Source: Nitrospirota bacterium (GTDB lineage: Bacteria; Nitrospirota; UBA9217). Taken from it: 64,000 nucleotides of DNA. Shown here piece after piece: positions 10,018 through 20,540 of the stretch (positions are counted from its first letter, which is position 1; every line of letters begins with the position of its first letter). Made by a program: the position numbers and the translations under genes. Under the pieces are notes generated by a model. The model had not been told where the DNA came from and ran no database searches. It saw only the letters and a list, made by a program, of their open reading frames with translations. Location: NCBI GenBank assembly GCA_963796285.1, contig CAWCKW010000013.1, positions 96,001-160,000 on the forward strand, written 5' to 3'.

Positions 10018-13000
10018 CTACCGACTGCTGTCTACCGACTTTCTCAATTCCCTTTCCTTCCAGATCACATAGATCGCCGGATAGATAATGAGCTCCAGGA
10101 TCGTCGAGGTGATTACGCCGCCGACCATGGGCGCGGCAATGCGCTTCATCACGTCCGCACCCGTCCCGTTCGAGAACATGATCGGCACCAGGCCCGCCAG
10201 GATCACCGACACGGTCATGATCTTGGGCCGGATCCTCTTTACCGCACCTTCCATCACCGAGTCCTCGATATCGCGGAGCGAATGAATGTTACCCTCTGCC
10301 TTCCACTTGTTGTACGCGAGATCCAGATAAAGCAGCATCACGATCCCGGTCTCAGCATCGAGCCCGGCCAGGGCGATCACGCCGACCCAGACCGCGGTGC
10401 TCAGGTGGTACCCAAGAAAGTAGAGAAGCCAGACCGTGCCCACGAGCGAGAACGGCACCGCGAGCAGCACGATCGCGGTCTTGGTCCAGGACCCGGTGTT
10501 CAGGTAGAGGAGCACGATGATGATCAACAGCGTGAGCGGGATAACGTAGAAAAGTTTGGCTTTCACGTTCTCCATGTACTCGTACTGGCCGCTCCACTGG
10601 AGCCTGTACCCCGTCGGTACCTTGACATGCCCGGCAATGGCCTTCTTTGCCTGTTCAACGTATCCGCCGAAGTCGCTTCCGGATATGCTGAGAGTGACCG
10701 CCGCGGTCAGCATCCCTCCCTCGCTCTGTATCATGCCCGGTCCCCGTTTCACCTGAATGTCCGCAAGCTGTCCCAAAGGCACCTGGGCCCCGCCCATTAC
10801 CGGGACGAGGACCCGCTGCAGCTTTCCGATGTCGTCCCGCAGCTCGCGGCCATAGCGGATGTTCACGGGATAGCGTTCCCTGCCCTCGACCGTGGTCGTC
10901 AGGTTCATTCCGCCGATGGCCGACTGGATGACTTCCTGCACATCCTCGATGGTAAGCCCGTATCGGGCGATGGCGTCCCGGTTGATCGTGAAATCCAGGA
11001 AATATCCCGTGTTCGCCCGCTCGGCATAAGCGCTTCTCGTGCCCGGAACATCCTTGAGCGTCCGTTCCACATCGAGCCCGATACGCTCGATCTCGTCCAG
11101 ACGGGGCCCAAAGACCTTAATGCCGAGGGGAGTACGTATGCCTGTGGAGAGCATATCGATCCTGCCGATGATCGGCATGGTCCAGGTATTGGCTACACCG
11201 GGGACCGACAGGGCGCTGTCCAGCTCATCGCGTAGGTCCTCCCACTTCCTGAACTGGGGCCGCCACTCCTTTTCCGGCTTCAAATTCACGATGGTCTCGA
11301 ACATCTCCAGGGGTGCCGGGTCCGTGGGCGTCTCGGCCCGTCCTGCCTTGCCGAAGACCGACTCCACTTCGGGGAACTGCATCAGGATCCGGTCCTGGGC
11401 CTGGACCAGCTGCCCCACGGTGGTAATGGACGCGCCGGGCAAACTTGAGGGCATATAGAACAGCGTCCCTTCATACAGGGGCGGCATGAACTCAGACCCG
11501 AGTTTCATAAAGGGGATGATCGTAACGATCACAACAACGATGGCAGCAAGGATAACCGCTTTCCGCCAATGGAGGGAACATCCGGCCACGGGGTGGTAGA
11601 GCCTAATCAGAAAACGGCTGACCGGGTTATCATCCTCATGCCTGATCTTCCCCTTGATGAAAAGCGTCATCAGCACCGGTGTGAGCGTGATGGCCAGAAA
11701 GCTCGCAAAGAGCATCGAAAAGGTCTTGGTGTATGCCAGGGGTTTGAACAGCCTGCCCGCCTGGTCCTCGAGCGTGAATACCGGAAGGAACCCGACGGTG
11801 ATCACGAGGAGCGAGAAGAAGAGCGACGGCCCCACCTCTTTTGCCGCGTCAATGATCACGTCAACCCGCGATCCCGGCCTGCCCGCCGCTTCCCAGTCCT
11901 CGAGCTTCTTGTGGGCGTTTTCGACCATGATGATCGAGGCATCGACCATGGCGCCGATGGCGATGGCAATGCCGGACAGACTCATAATGTTCGAGCTGAT
12001 CTTTAGATAGTACATGCAGATGAACGAGATAAGGATCGCGATCGGCAGCGTCAGGATAACCACCAGGGCGCTAGGAAGATGAAACAGGAATATGATGCAA
12101 ACCACGCTCACGGCGATTCCGAGCTTGATCACCTCATCGCGGAGCGTATCAACGGACCGATGGATCAGCTCCGACCGGTCATAGGTGGTAATGATCTTCA
12201 CTCCTTCGGGCAGGGACGGCCTGATCTGCTTGATCTTCTCCTTCACCCGCTCGACAACAGCAAGTACGTTCTCGCCGAACCGGACCACCACGATGCCGCC
12301 CACGGCCTCGCCCTTGCCGTCGAAGTCAGCCAGACCGCGCCGGATTTCGGGGCCAAGCTGGACCGTGCCGACATCCCGGAGCAGGATTGGCGTTCCCTTT
12401 CCGTCGCCACCGACGGCGATCTTCTCAATGTCTGTTTTGTCCTTGATATATCCACGGCCGCGGACCATGTATTCGCGGCCCGACCACTCCACCACCCGTC
12501 CTTCGACATCACGGTTGCTTCTCCTGACCGCCTCCATCACCTTCATGAGCGGTAAATTGTAGGCGATCAGCCGGTTCGGGTCAACCGTGATCTGGTACTG
12601 CTTCACGAACCCGCCCACACTCGCGACCTCGGAAACGCCGGGCACGGATTCGAAAGCGTACTTGAGCGTCCAGTCCTGGAGCGACCGGAGCTGCGCGAGG
12701 TCTTGCTTGCCCGACTCATCCACCAAGGCGTACTGAAATCCCCAGCCAACGCCTGTGGCATCCGGCCCGAGAAGCGGAGCCACTCCGGCGGGAAGTTTGC
12801 CCTGCACACCCTGGAGGTACTCGAGCACCCGGCTCCGCGCCCAGTAGATGTCCGTACCGTCCTCGAAGATGGCATAGACGAAGGACAGGCCGAGGAAGGA
12901 CTTGCCTCGCACGGCCCGAACCTTCGGCGCGGCAAGAAGGGTGGAGACGATGGGATAGGTGATCTGGTCCTCGACCAGGTCCGGACTCCTTCCGGGCCAG

Positions 13001-13155
13001 TCGGTGAACACGATCACCTGGACATCGGAAAGATCGGGGATCGCGTCGAGTGGCGTATGGAACACCGCCCAGATGCCCCAGATCGTGAGGAAACCCACGA
13101 GGAGGAATACCAGGAACTTATTTCGCGCTGAGAGCTCTATGATTTTGGCAAGCAT
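10018..13155 (-). CDS. cusA: CusA/SilA-type heavy-metal RND efflux permease
   Basis: LDAIPDLSDVQVI, GPDATGVGW, GSEFMPPLYEG, MLSTGIRTP, RIRPKIMT; 1045 aa. Confidence 0.95.
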   Translation of the reverse strand: MLAKIIELSARNKFLVFLLVGFLTIWGIWAVFHTPLDAIPDLSDVQVIVFTDWPGRSPDLVEDQITYPIVSTLLAAPKVRAVRGKSFLGLSFVYAIFEDGTDIYWARSRVLEYLQGVQGKLPAGVAPLLGPDATGVGWGFQYALVDESGKQDLAQLRSLQDWTLKYAFESVPGVSEVASVGGFVKQYQITVDPNRLIAYNLPLMKVMEAVRRSNRDVEGRVVEWSGREYMVRGRGYIKDKTDIEKIAVGGDGKGTPILLRDVGTVQLGPEIRRGLADFDGKGEAVGGIVVVRFGENVLAVVERVKEKIKQIRPSLPEGVKIITTYDRSELIHRSVDTLRDEVIKLGIAVSVVCIIFLFHLPSALVVILTLPIAILISFICMYYLKISSNIMSLSGIAIAIGAMVDASIIMVENAHKKLEDWEAAGRPGSRVDVIIDAAKEVGPSLFFSLLVITVGFLPVFTLEDQAGRLFKPLAYTKTFSMLFASFLAITLTPVLMTLFIKGKIRHEDDNPVSRFLIRLYHPVAGCSLHWRKAVILAAIVVVIVTIIPFMKLGSEFMPPLYEGTLFYMPSSLPGASITTVGQLVQAQDRILMQFPEVESVFGKAGRAETPTDPAPLEMFETIVNLKPEKEWRPQFRKWEDLRDELDSALSVPGVANTWTMPIIGRIDMLSTGIRTPLGIKVFGPRLDEIERIGLDVERTLKDVPGTRSAYAERANTGYFLDFTINRDAIARYGLTIEDVQEVIQSAIGGMNLTTTVEGRERYPVNIRYGRELRDDIGKLQRVLVPVMGGAQVPLGQLADIQVKRGPGMIQSEGGMLTAAVTLSISGSDFGGYVEQAKKAIAGHVKVPTGYRLQWSGQYEYMENVKAKLFYVIPLTLLIIIVLLYLNTGSWTKTAIVLLAVPFSLVGTVWLLYFLGYHLSTAVWVGVIALAGLDAETGIVMLLYLDLAYNKWKAEGNIHSLRDIEDSVMEGAVKRIRPKIMTVSVILAGLVPIMFSNGTGADVMKRIAAPMVGGVITSTILELIIYPAIYVIWKERELRKSVDSSR

Positions 13156-13285
13156 GAAGTACCTCAGTTCGGAGTGCGGAGTTCGGAGTGCGGAGTGATA
13201 GCAGGCTGCGTAGAGAGCCTCCGTTGATTCAACTTCCGTTTCATTCGTTCATTCCGCACTCGCCACTCCGCATTCCGCATTTGTC

Positions 13286-14482
13286 CTACTGTCCGGACTG
13301 CAGCTGGCTCTCCGAGTCGATCAGGAAGTTGCCCGAGGTGACCACGCGCTCGCCCTTCTTGATCCCCGTAAGCACCTCAACCTCGTTCTCACCGCGCACG
13401 CCGAGCGTCACCTTGCGCATCTCGAAGACACCTGGTTCTTTTTCCACATACACGATCTGGCGCGTACCGGAATCCAGCACCGAGCTTCGGGGGATGACAA
13501 GCCTGGCGTGGGAAGAGGTCATGATTTCGACATTCACATACATGTCCGGTTTGAGAACAAGTCCCGGATTTTGCACAGCGATCCGTACCTTGACCGTTCG
13601 AGTCATGGGGTCAAGCACCGGGTTGATGAAGCTCACCGTTGCGTGCAGCACCTCGCCCGAAGAGTACGGCACGGTCACCCGCGCCTTCTGGCCGACCTTC
13701 ACGAGAGGGACCTCATATTCATAAACGTCCGCGATGATCCAGACCGTGGAAAGGTCCGCGATCTTGAACAGGTTCATTCCCGGCGTGATATAGGTGCCGT
13801 CGAGCACCATCTTTTCAAGCACAATGCCGTTCAGCGGGGCATGGATGGTCATTTCCGTACTTGTTTTTCCCGTCTTCTCGATCCCCGCGATCTGCTCCTC
13901 CGTGATGTCCCACAGAATCAACCTGCGCTTCGCGGAATCGATCAACGATTGCTGGGATGCCTGGACCTCCGCAATGCCTCCTGAAATCGCGGTCCGTGCC
14001 CGCAGGGCCAGCAAGTACTCCTCCTGGGCAGAGACCAGGTCGGGGCTGTAGATCGAAAGGAGCGGCTGCCCCTTGACGACCCGATCTCCGGTAAAGTTCA
14101 CGAATAATTTTTTGACCCATCCGGCTATCTTCGTGTTCACGAACGCGAGCCGGGTCTCGTTGACCTCTACCTTCCCCACGGTCCGGATCTGCTTGTCCAG
14201 CGTGCGAAACCCGGCTGCTGCGGTCCGCACCCCGATCAGCTGGCGCTTATCCTCTGAGATAGTTATGGTCGGCGCTGCTTCCGCCTGCACGGATGCCGGG
14301 GGAGTCTGCGCCTGTGTTGCCGTTGCCGCGCTTTGTGTTTTGGTCCCGTGGGCCGAATGGTCCTGGTTCTGGGCCAGTGCCGTCGTCCCCGGTACGATCA
14401 GGAGGACCAGGACGAGTGCATATGGCAACGGGTAAATTGAAACGTGCATATTTTTCAGTGTCCGCGATTTTGCATTTTTCAT
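13286..14482 (-). CDS. cusB: RND periplasmic adaptor (CusB-like)
   Basis: YSPDLVSAQEEYL, IADLSTVW, LKPDMY, SGNFLIDSESQL. Confidence 0.93.
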   Translation of the reverse strand: MKNAKSRTLKNMHVSIYPLPYALVLVLLIVPGTTALAQNQDHSAHGTKTQSAATATQAQTPPASVQAEAAPTITISEDKRQLIGVRTAAAGFRTLDKQIRTVGKVEVNETRLAFVNTKIAGWVKKLFVNFTGDRVVKGQPLLSIYSPDLVSAQEEYLLALRARTAISGGIAEVQASQQSLIDSAKRRLILWDITEEQIAGIEKTGKTSTEMTIHAPLNGIVLEKMVLDGTYITPGMNLFKIADLSTVWIIADVYEYEVPLVKVGQKARVTVPYSSGEVLHATVSFINPVLDPMTRTVKVRIAVQNPGLVLKPDMYVNVEIMTSSHARLVIPRSSVLDSGTRQIVYVEKEPGVFEMRKVTLGVRGENEVEVLTGIKKGERVVTSGNFLIDSESQLQSGQ

Positions 14483-15729
14483 TTTACGTCTTCTCCTGTC
14501 AGTTCTCCGATCATGGAAAGGGTCTTGTGCAGAGACGTCAGCTCTTCCTGTTCCATCAACTGATACTTGAGCAAAAGGCTGTTGCTGTCCAGGAGGTTAA
14601 AAACATCTGTCTTCCCCACCCGGTAGTTCGCGGTGGTGGACTGGAGCGCCAGGGTCGCCTGCGGTATGATGCCCGTTTCGTAAAGATGAAGATGGTGCTC
14701 CGAGGTCTTTGCCGTGACATAAAGCTCCCGCACCCGCGCCAGAACGGAGAGCTGAGCGTTGTTGTAATCGTATCGGGACGACTGCAGGTCCGCATTCGCT
14801 GCCTTCACGCCGGTGGACTTGTTCCAGAAATAGAGCGGGACCTTGAACATAACGCTCGCCTGCCACACATCCGACTTGTCGCCCCGCGTGAACCATCCGC
14901 CGGACAGGACGAGATCGGGCAGAAACTCCTTCTTCCGGGAAGAGACCTCGAACTCGCCCTGCTCAACCATCCGCTGTTTTCCCTGGAGCAGCGGCGAATG
15001 GGCCTGCGCCATGGCAGCAAGGTCCTCGATGCTTTTCTCCAGAGAAATCCGGGGGAGCTCGGCGGGTTTGCCCAAGGGCGCCAGGGGATCTCGGCCAACG
15101 AGTCGGTTTATCATGGACGCCTGCGTCTCCGTCTTGCGTTCTTCCTCCGCTATCTTGTCCAAAAGCATCAGGACCTCGAGCTGCGCGCGGAGGACGTCCT
15201 GCTGCATTCCCTGGCCGGTCCCATACCGGGTCTCGGCGATCTGCTGAACGTTCTGCATCAGGTCCTTGGTCCGGGTGAAGATCTCAGTAGAGCGGTAGGC
15301 CAGGTAGTATTCATAGTAGGCGTTCCGGAGTTCTGCTAGAACCCGAAGCTGCATCTCCCGCGCGTTCTCATGTTCACGCTCGGCCATTTTTCCCGCAGCA
15401 TGGCCCATGGTCGTGAGCTTGCCCGGGAACGGGACCTCCTGCGAGAAGACAATGCCCTGCATGCTCATATCTTCCTTGCCCACGCTCCAGGCGACCGGCG
15501 ACCCGACGTTCTGGACCATATAACCGATCATCGGGTCGGGCATGGCCGCGGCAAGGGACCTTTTCTCGTCTGCGGATTCTGCTTTCTTATCCACCATGCG
15601 GATCTCGGGGTTGTTCTGCAAGGCCTCCTGCTCGAGGTCTTTCAGCGTTACCACGCCGTCATCTGCCCGTGCATGCGCGGGAAACAGAATGCCCACAACG
15701 ATCAGCAGGCTCGTCAGTGTTCTCTGCAT
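14479..15729 (-). CDS. TolC-family outer-membrane efflux protein (CusC-like)
   Basis: Signal peptide, ALQNNPEI, SQEVPFPGKL, OEP repeats; coupled to cusB. Confidence 0.9.
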   Translation of the reverse strand: MQRTLTSLLIVVGILFPAHARADDGVVTLKDLEQEALQNNPEIRMVDKKAESADEKRSLAAAMPDPMIGYMVQNVGSPVAWSVGKEDMSMQGIVFSQEVPFPGKLTTMGHAAGKMAEREHENAREMQLRVLAELRNAYYEYYLAYRSTEIFTRTKDLMQNVQQIAETRYGTGQGMQQDVLRAQLEVLMLLDKIAEEERKTETQASMINRLVGRDPLAPLGKPAELPRISLEKSIEDLAAMAQAHSPLLQGKQRMVEQGEFEVSSRKKEFLPDLVLSGGWFTRGDKSDVWQASVMFKVPLYFWNKSTGVKAANADLQSSRYDYNNAQLSVLARVRELYVTAKTSEHHLHLYETGIIPQATLALQSTTANYRVGKTDVFNLLDSNSLLLKYQLMEQEELTSLHKTLSMIGELTGEDVK

Positions 15730-15955
15730 CTATCCCTCCTGGATAAAAAAAGTGCACTGTGCGTGCTAACGTATATACTTCGCGAAATAATAAACATGAA
15801 CAAATGATCAACATACCGAAAAAGAGTGTTCTGCATTGCGTGATGAACAATCTGAAGGACCCTACGCTCAACTATATCAGAAAAAAAGGGCGCTCGTGCT
15901 TTTGCACGGCGCCCTATCCAACAAGATCCATTACAGCGTGCACGGTATGTTTCAT

Positions 15956-16354
15956 CTATCGTGCGTCAAGGTTAAAGGTGGCCGTGGCCGGGGACTTTCC
16001 AGGTCGTACCACGGTGACCTCGGTCTTCCACGTGCCCTCCATGCTCACTCCTGCTTTATACTTGTAGACATCACCGGTGAGCACCGGTTCGGGCTTAGAA
16101 GACATGGGCGCCATCCCCGGCATGGCCGGCATGAAAAAACGCGCCGTGACCTTGGCATCCGTCACTGCCTTGCCCGCCTCGTCGGTGATTTTCACGCTCA
16201 GATCATTATCACCCTTCACCAGTGGGTAACTGCCGGTAGAAAGCGTTATAGTCAAACCACCCGTTGTCTTCTGGGCTTCATAACCCCAGGATATCCCGAT
16301 GCCCAGTACAAGCATCACAATCACTGCCACTGTTGCGAGAGAGAACCTTTTCAT
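15956..16354 (-). CDS. YtkA/FixH-like Met-rich periplasmic metal-binding protein
   Basis: Signal peptide, FFMPAMPGMAPM, SMEGTW; first gene of the cus operon. Confidence 0.8.
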   Translation of the reverse strand: MKRFSLATVAVIVMLVLGIGISWGYEAQKTTGGLTITLSTGSYPLVKGDNDLSVKITDEAGKAVTDAKVTARFFMPAMPGMAPMSSKPEPVLTGDVYKYKAGVSMEGTWKTEVTVVRPGKSPATATFNLDAR

Positions 16355-16482
16355 AGAATTTGCACCCCTTTCAGCCGAAATATCGACTTGATACATAATG
16401 ATCCTTCTGTTAATATTTGCAGCATCCACTGTTCAGTATGAAAGAACATCATCTATCGTTTGTCGAATTCTATTGAGGAATA

Positions 16483-16500
16483 TTGCAAGACAAGGGCCAG
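16483..16500 (-). promoter_or_regulatory. Sigma54 -24/-12 promoter for ytkA-like/cusCBA
   Basis: CTGGCCCTTGTCTTGCAA with exact GG-N10-GC spacing, ~130 bp upstream of the ATG. Confidence 0.75.
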
Positions 16501-16975
16501 AATGTCGAAATACTATTTCCCCTTACAATTCGACCTGTTAAATAGATAATGCTGATTGATAAATTAACCAAACTGGAGCATTTGCTTCATGCTGTGTATT
16601 CTTTCATATATTGGGGATTCGGAAAGCAGTTTTTAGTTTTTAGTTCATGGTTCTTATTTAGTGAATAAACTCATAACTGAACAACGGAGAACTCAAAACT
16701 AAGAATTGCTTTACTAAGAACCTTTTATCCCGCTTTTTCAGAAAAAACGCAAGAAATACACCCATCATCAAACTTATCAAGCCAGCAGTTGTCATGTTTT
16801 TTTGGCTGATTTTAGGCGAGGACTTTTCCCCCGCGGAAACGGCGCGATCAAATGACGCGAGTTCAATCTCGAAGTGCAACGCTTGAGACCGCGGCCTCCA
16901 ATGGCGTTTTATAACCGAGGCGCGGAACCCCTATCACTGCCGCAGAGCGGGGGATGGAGGGGATGCTGCAGGCGA

Positions 16976-17896
16976 CTAGGGGGAGGTGAAGATGGAGGCG
17001 CCGGGAGTCTTCGCAGTAGACAGGGCACCTTCTACGTCACCGGGAGACGCTCCTGCATCAGCGGCCCCCACATAAATGGATTTTTTATCCGCTCCCGCTT
17101 TGGTGGCCGCATTCACCACAACTTTCAACGGAGCGCCCGCCTTCAGGGCTGCCTTGACAACAATCTGAACCGGGTACCCCTGCTTAATAGCGGAATACAC
17201 TACCAGAGACGGATCTTTTCCGATCTTTATAGCCACGGAAACGACTTCCCCGCAATATGTTGATTTGTCATTCGGTCCCGCATGAGTGGCTGATTTGATC
17301 ACAGCATCCAGGGGAGCGCCCGCCTTTAGGGCTGCATTGACAATGGTTTGGGCCGAATACCCTTCGATAATGCCGATATACACCACCAGAGACGGGTTTT
17401 CCCCGGTCTTAATGGCAGCTTCCACGATATCACCGATGTATGTCGATTTTTCATCCACTCCCGTGTGGGTGGCTGAGTTCAACACGACATTCAGGGGAAC
17501 GCCCGCTTTTCGAGCAACCTTGACAATGGTCTTAGCAGCGTATCCTGCGGAAATGCCGGTATACACTACGAGGGATGGATCAACACCAACCTTAATACAG
17601 GCGGCGACGATTTCAGGGATCTTTTCTCCCGATCTCATGGCATCATTGATGATATTTCGCAGCGGTACCCCCTCAGACAATTGCCGAGCTATCTCCGCTT
17701 CAGTTACCGTCCACTCTAGTCTCTTCTCTGTTGCGGTTTTAGCAGCATCCGCCCACAGGGGAGCCATCATGATCGTGTACCCAAGAACCAGCGCAAACAG
17801 TGCTAAGAGGCTGGTTATTCTCCTCTTGGCTTTATTTTTTCGCACCGGAGGCCCTCCCGGCATTTGTTCCGTTTTTATGATCATGTTATAAGACAC
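16976..17896 (-). CDS. Secreted/membrane-anchored hypothetical protein with ~62-aa helical repeats
   Basis: Hydrophobic N-terminal segment; three copies of IVxAxIKxGxxPSLVVYxxIxxGYxxxxIVxxAxKAGxPLxxVxxxATxAG..KSxY. Confidence 0.75.
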   Translation of the reverse strand: MSYNMIIKTEQMPGGPPVRKNKAKRRITSLLALFALVLGYTIMMAPLWADAAKTATEKRLEWTVTEAEIARQLSEGVPLRNIINDAMRSGEKIPEIVAACIKVGVDPSLVVYTGISAGYAAKTIVKVARKAGVPLNVVLNSATHTGVDEKSTYIGDIVEAAIKTGENPSLVVYIGIIEGYSAQTIVNAALKAGAPLDAVIKSATHAGPNDKSTYCGEVVSVAIKIGKDPSLVVYSAIKQGYPVQIVVKAALKAGAPLKVVVNAATKAGADKKSIYVGAADAGASPGDVEGALSTAKTPGASIFTSP

Positions 17897-18127
17897 CTCG
17901 TCAATAAAAAACGTTGCATGGATTGGCCCCCAACTGAGGGTTTCGATTCGTATCCGAAAGTCTTGAACGTTTTTAATGATGCATTTTTATAGCACACAGA
18001 CTATCGACGAGACAATAGAATAGAAACCCATTATATTTCCGGGGAGGCAAAGAGTTTACGGGATGGCCGATCGCGGAGGTATTTCGCCGATGACCGGTAA
18101 TAAATTCAAGAACGACCATTGAAAGAG

Positions 18128-18976
18128 TTATTCGTGGATTTTATTGATCCGATCCTTTGCAATCGCCGCCTCGGTAGTACCGGGATGGTCCTTGATGACC
18201 ATATTGAGGAATTCCTTGGCCTTGGCAGTGTTCTTCTCGTTCAGATAGGACAGGCCGATCTTGAGCTTGGCCCCGGGCGCCTTGTCGCTCCTGGGATAGG
18301 ACGTGATGACCTTTCGAAAGGACTCGATGGCCTTGGTGAATTCCTTCTTGGAGGAGTAGCACTCGCCAATCCAGTACTGGGCGGCGGCAGCCAGGCTGGT
18401 GTCCGGAAAGAGGGCGATATAATTTTTAAATCCGTCGAGCGCAAGGTCAAAATTCCCCTTGTCGAAATCGTTCTTTGCCTGATTATAGGCCTCGGATGGC
18501 TCTCTACCCTTCAGGGCGGCCTTCTTGTCCCTGTCAGTCGCGGTCCCGATCGGCGCCGTTGAAAGGCCTCCCGTCCCGGAGCCCGACTTATTCACCTTTG
18601 CTTCGAGCTCCTCGATCCGCGCAGTGAGTTCCGCAATTTTGACGCTCTTATCATCAAGCTTCTGCGCAAGCTCGGTAATATGGAAGTTGTTCTCCTCGAG
18701 CTTGCCCTGGACAAGCTGGATGTCCGTGGCGAGCTGGTCCGACTTGGCGCCTGAATCCGCCATCACCTTCTGCACGTCAACCGTTCCCCGGATGTTCGCA
18801 TCGAGAACATCGATACGCTTCTGCAGTTCCTTGATCTGCGTCTTCGTTGCTGCCTTTTCCCCACGCAGTTCGGACATGTCGGTATTGATCTTCACGAGTT
18901 CAGACTGGGGAGCGCAGGCGGCCATCAGGAACAGGCAACCGGCAACGGCAATAGCAAGATAGGGTTGGGTCGTCAT
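18128..18976 (-). CDS. cpoB: Tol-Pal protein CpoB/YbgF (lipoprotein, coiled coil + TPR)
   Basis: Lipobox MAAC, coiled coil, AQYWIGECY, KAPGAKLKIG; adjacent to pal. Confidence 0.9.
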   Translation of the reverse strand: MTTQPYLAIAVAGCLFLMAACAPQSELVKINTDMSELRGEKAATKTQIKELQKRIDVLDANIRGTVDVQKVMADSGAKSDQLATDIQLVQGKLEENNFHITELAQKLDDKSVKIAELTARIEELEAKVNKSGSGTGGLSTAPIGTATDRDKKAALKGREPSEAYNQAKNDFDKGNFDLALDGFKNYIALFPDTSLAAAAQYWIGECYSSKKEFTKAIESFRKVITSYPRSDKAPGAKLKIGLSYLNEKNTAKAKEFLNMVIKDHPGTTEAAIAKDRINKIHE

Positions 18977-19106
18977 GGTATTTTTTCCGTGTACAAAGAG
19001 AAACTAATGAACGGGAGCCGATGGCGTAGAACAAGGAAAGCGGAGAAGGGTAATCCGACGATGTCCCGCCGAAGATCCCCCTCACCGTTTCATGATGATA
19101 CCGATC

Positions 19107-19652
19107 CTACTCCGCAACTGCGATAAAATCGTCTCTCCGGTTTTTCTGCCAGCAGCCTTCAGTGGAATCATTGCAAACAGGCTTTTCCTTGCCATAGCTG
19201 ATGAGCAAGATCCGTTTCCCAGAAATACCCATATCGGTGAGATATTTCTTTGCGCTTGTGGCGCGGCGCTGGCCGAGGGCCTGGTTGTATTCCTTGGTGC
19301 CGCGTTCATCGCAACTCCCCTCGATCCTGACCTTCACCTTGGGATTGGCCTTGAGCCACTCCGCATTCGCCTTCATCACGGCCCTGGCGTCGTCACGAAC
19401 AAAGGACCTGTCAAAATCGAAGTAGATGGACTGCAGACCCGCTGCAGCGGCGCGCTCCATGGACTCATCTTTTGCCGCAGGCTTCGCTTCTTCCTTCATC
19501 GGTTCAGCCGTTTGTTCGGCTGCCGGTTCAGCTTTTGTGGCAGGGGCCGCTTCCGGTGTCGTGGTCACCTGCGCCTTCTTGGGGCAGCCCCAGAGGGCAA
19601 ACAAGCTGAGCAGTACAATAACACCAAGCATGAAAATTCGTCTGTTCTTCAT
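19107..19652 (-). CDS. pal: Peptidoglycan-associated lipoprotein
   Basis: Lipobox LWGC, IYFDFD, EGSCDERGTKEYNQALGQRRA, SYGKEKP, KNRR. Confidence 0.95.
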   Translation of the reverse strand: MKNRRIFMLGVIVLLSLFALWGCPKKAQVTTTPEAAPATKAEPAAEQTAEPMKEEAKPAAKDESMERAAAAGLQSIYFDFDRSFVRDDARAVMKANAEWLKANPKVKVRIEGSCDERGTKEYNQALGQRRATSAKKYLTDMGISGKRILLISYGKEKPVCNDSTEGCWQKNRRDDFIAVAE

Positions 19653-19761
19653 CGCAATCCTCCTAATAAATAGTATACGAGCAAAGGTCCGTAATAGGCG
19701 TTGAAAATCGCAAGAGGTGACGCGGGGTTGAGATGTACCGCATTACCGTCTAACTTCCGTT

Positions 19762-19790
19762 AAGATAGCATACAACATGGTTGATGTCAA
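19762..19790 (-). promoter_or_regulatory. Sigma70 promoter for pal-cpoB
   Basis: TTGACA-N17-TATCTT with an extended -10 TG. Confidence 0.55.
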
Positions 19791-20021
19791 CGGGAAAGGA
19801 TTTTTAACAACCGCATGGAGACGCGCCGAGCTGAGACAAAATGCCGCCTGATAAATATCTACTTTTTTTGGCTTCCGGCAGACCGGAAAGCAATCCGTAC
19901 TCATCTCCTCTCTCTGCGTTCGGCTGAGCGTTCATCTGAACTCGCGCGGAAGACTTACCCGGACGAGCTATACCGAAGTCGTTTCAAAACATACCCGTGG
20001 TGTGAGTGCTGCGGACCCACC

Positions 20022-20540
20022 TTACCAGCGGTTCTCGTGGACCCGCGAGCCGTCAAAACGGTCACCCGCTTTCTTTTCCTCGGCAGGGAAGCCTATGGGG
20101 ATGAGCGAAAAAGGAACAATGTGCTCCGGCACCTTCAGGAGCTTCCTGAGATTCAGGATCCGGTCCTCGGTGGGATAGACGCCGCACCACACCGCGCCCA
20201 GTCCCTTGGCATGAACGGCGAGCAGCATGTTCTCCGTGGCCGCGGCACAGTCAAGCACCCAGCACCCTTTGTGTTTCTCGAGCGCTGTGTCTCCGCACAC
20301 GAGGACGGCCACCCCGGCCTGTTTCAACATCGCGGAATAGGGATGGAACTTCGGGATCTCATCGAGCAGTGCCCGGTCGGTCAGAACAAGAAAATGCCAG
20401 GGCCGCTCGTTCCCTGCCGACGGAGCGCTCATCGCTGCATGCAGGATCTCGTTGATCACCTCCCGGGGCACCGGTTTTGGCGCGTATTGGCGCACGCTTT
20501 TCCGTGAAAGGATCTTTTCCATCATGTCCATATTGTCCAC
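20022..20540 (-). CDS. Nitroreductase family protein
   Basis: RKSVRQY, APSAGNERPW, ENMLLAVHAKGLGAVW. Confidence 0.92.
   Translation of the reverse strand: MDNMDMMEKILSRKSVRQYAPKPVPREVINEILHAAMSAPSAGNERPWHFLVLTDRALLDEIPKFHPYSAMLKQAGVAVLVCGDTALEKHKGCWVLDCAAATENMLLAVHAKGLGAVWCGVYPTEDRILNLRKLLKVPEHIVPFSLIPIGFPAEEKKAGDRFDGSRVHENRW

Noticed and set aside
19815-20507. 230-aa plus-strand ORF
   Set aside because: Mostly antisense to the nitroreductase, with no recognisable features
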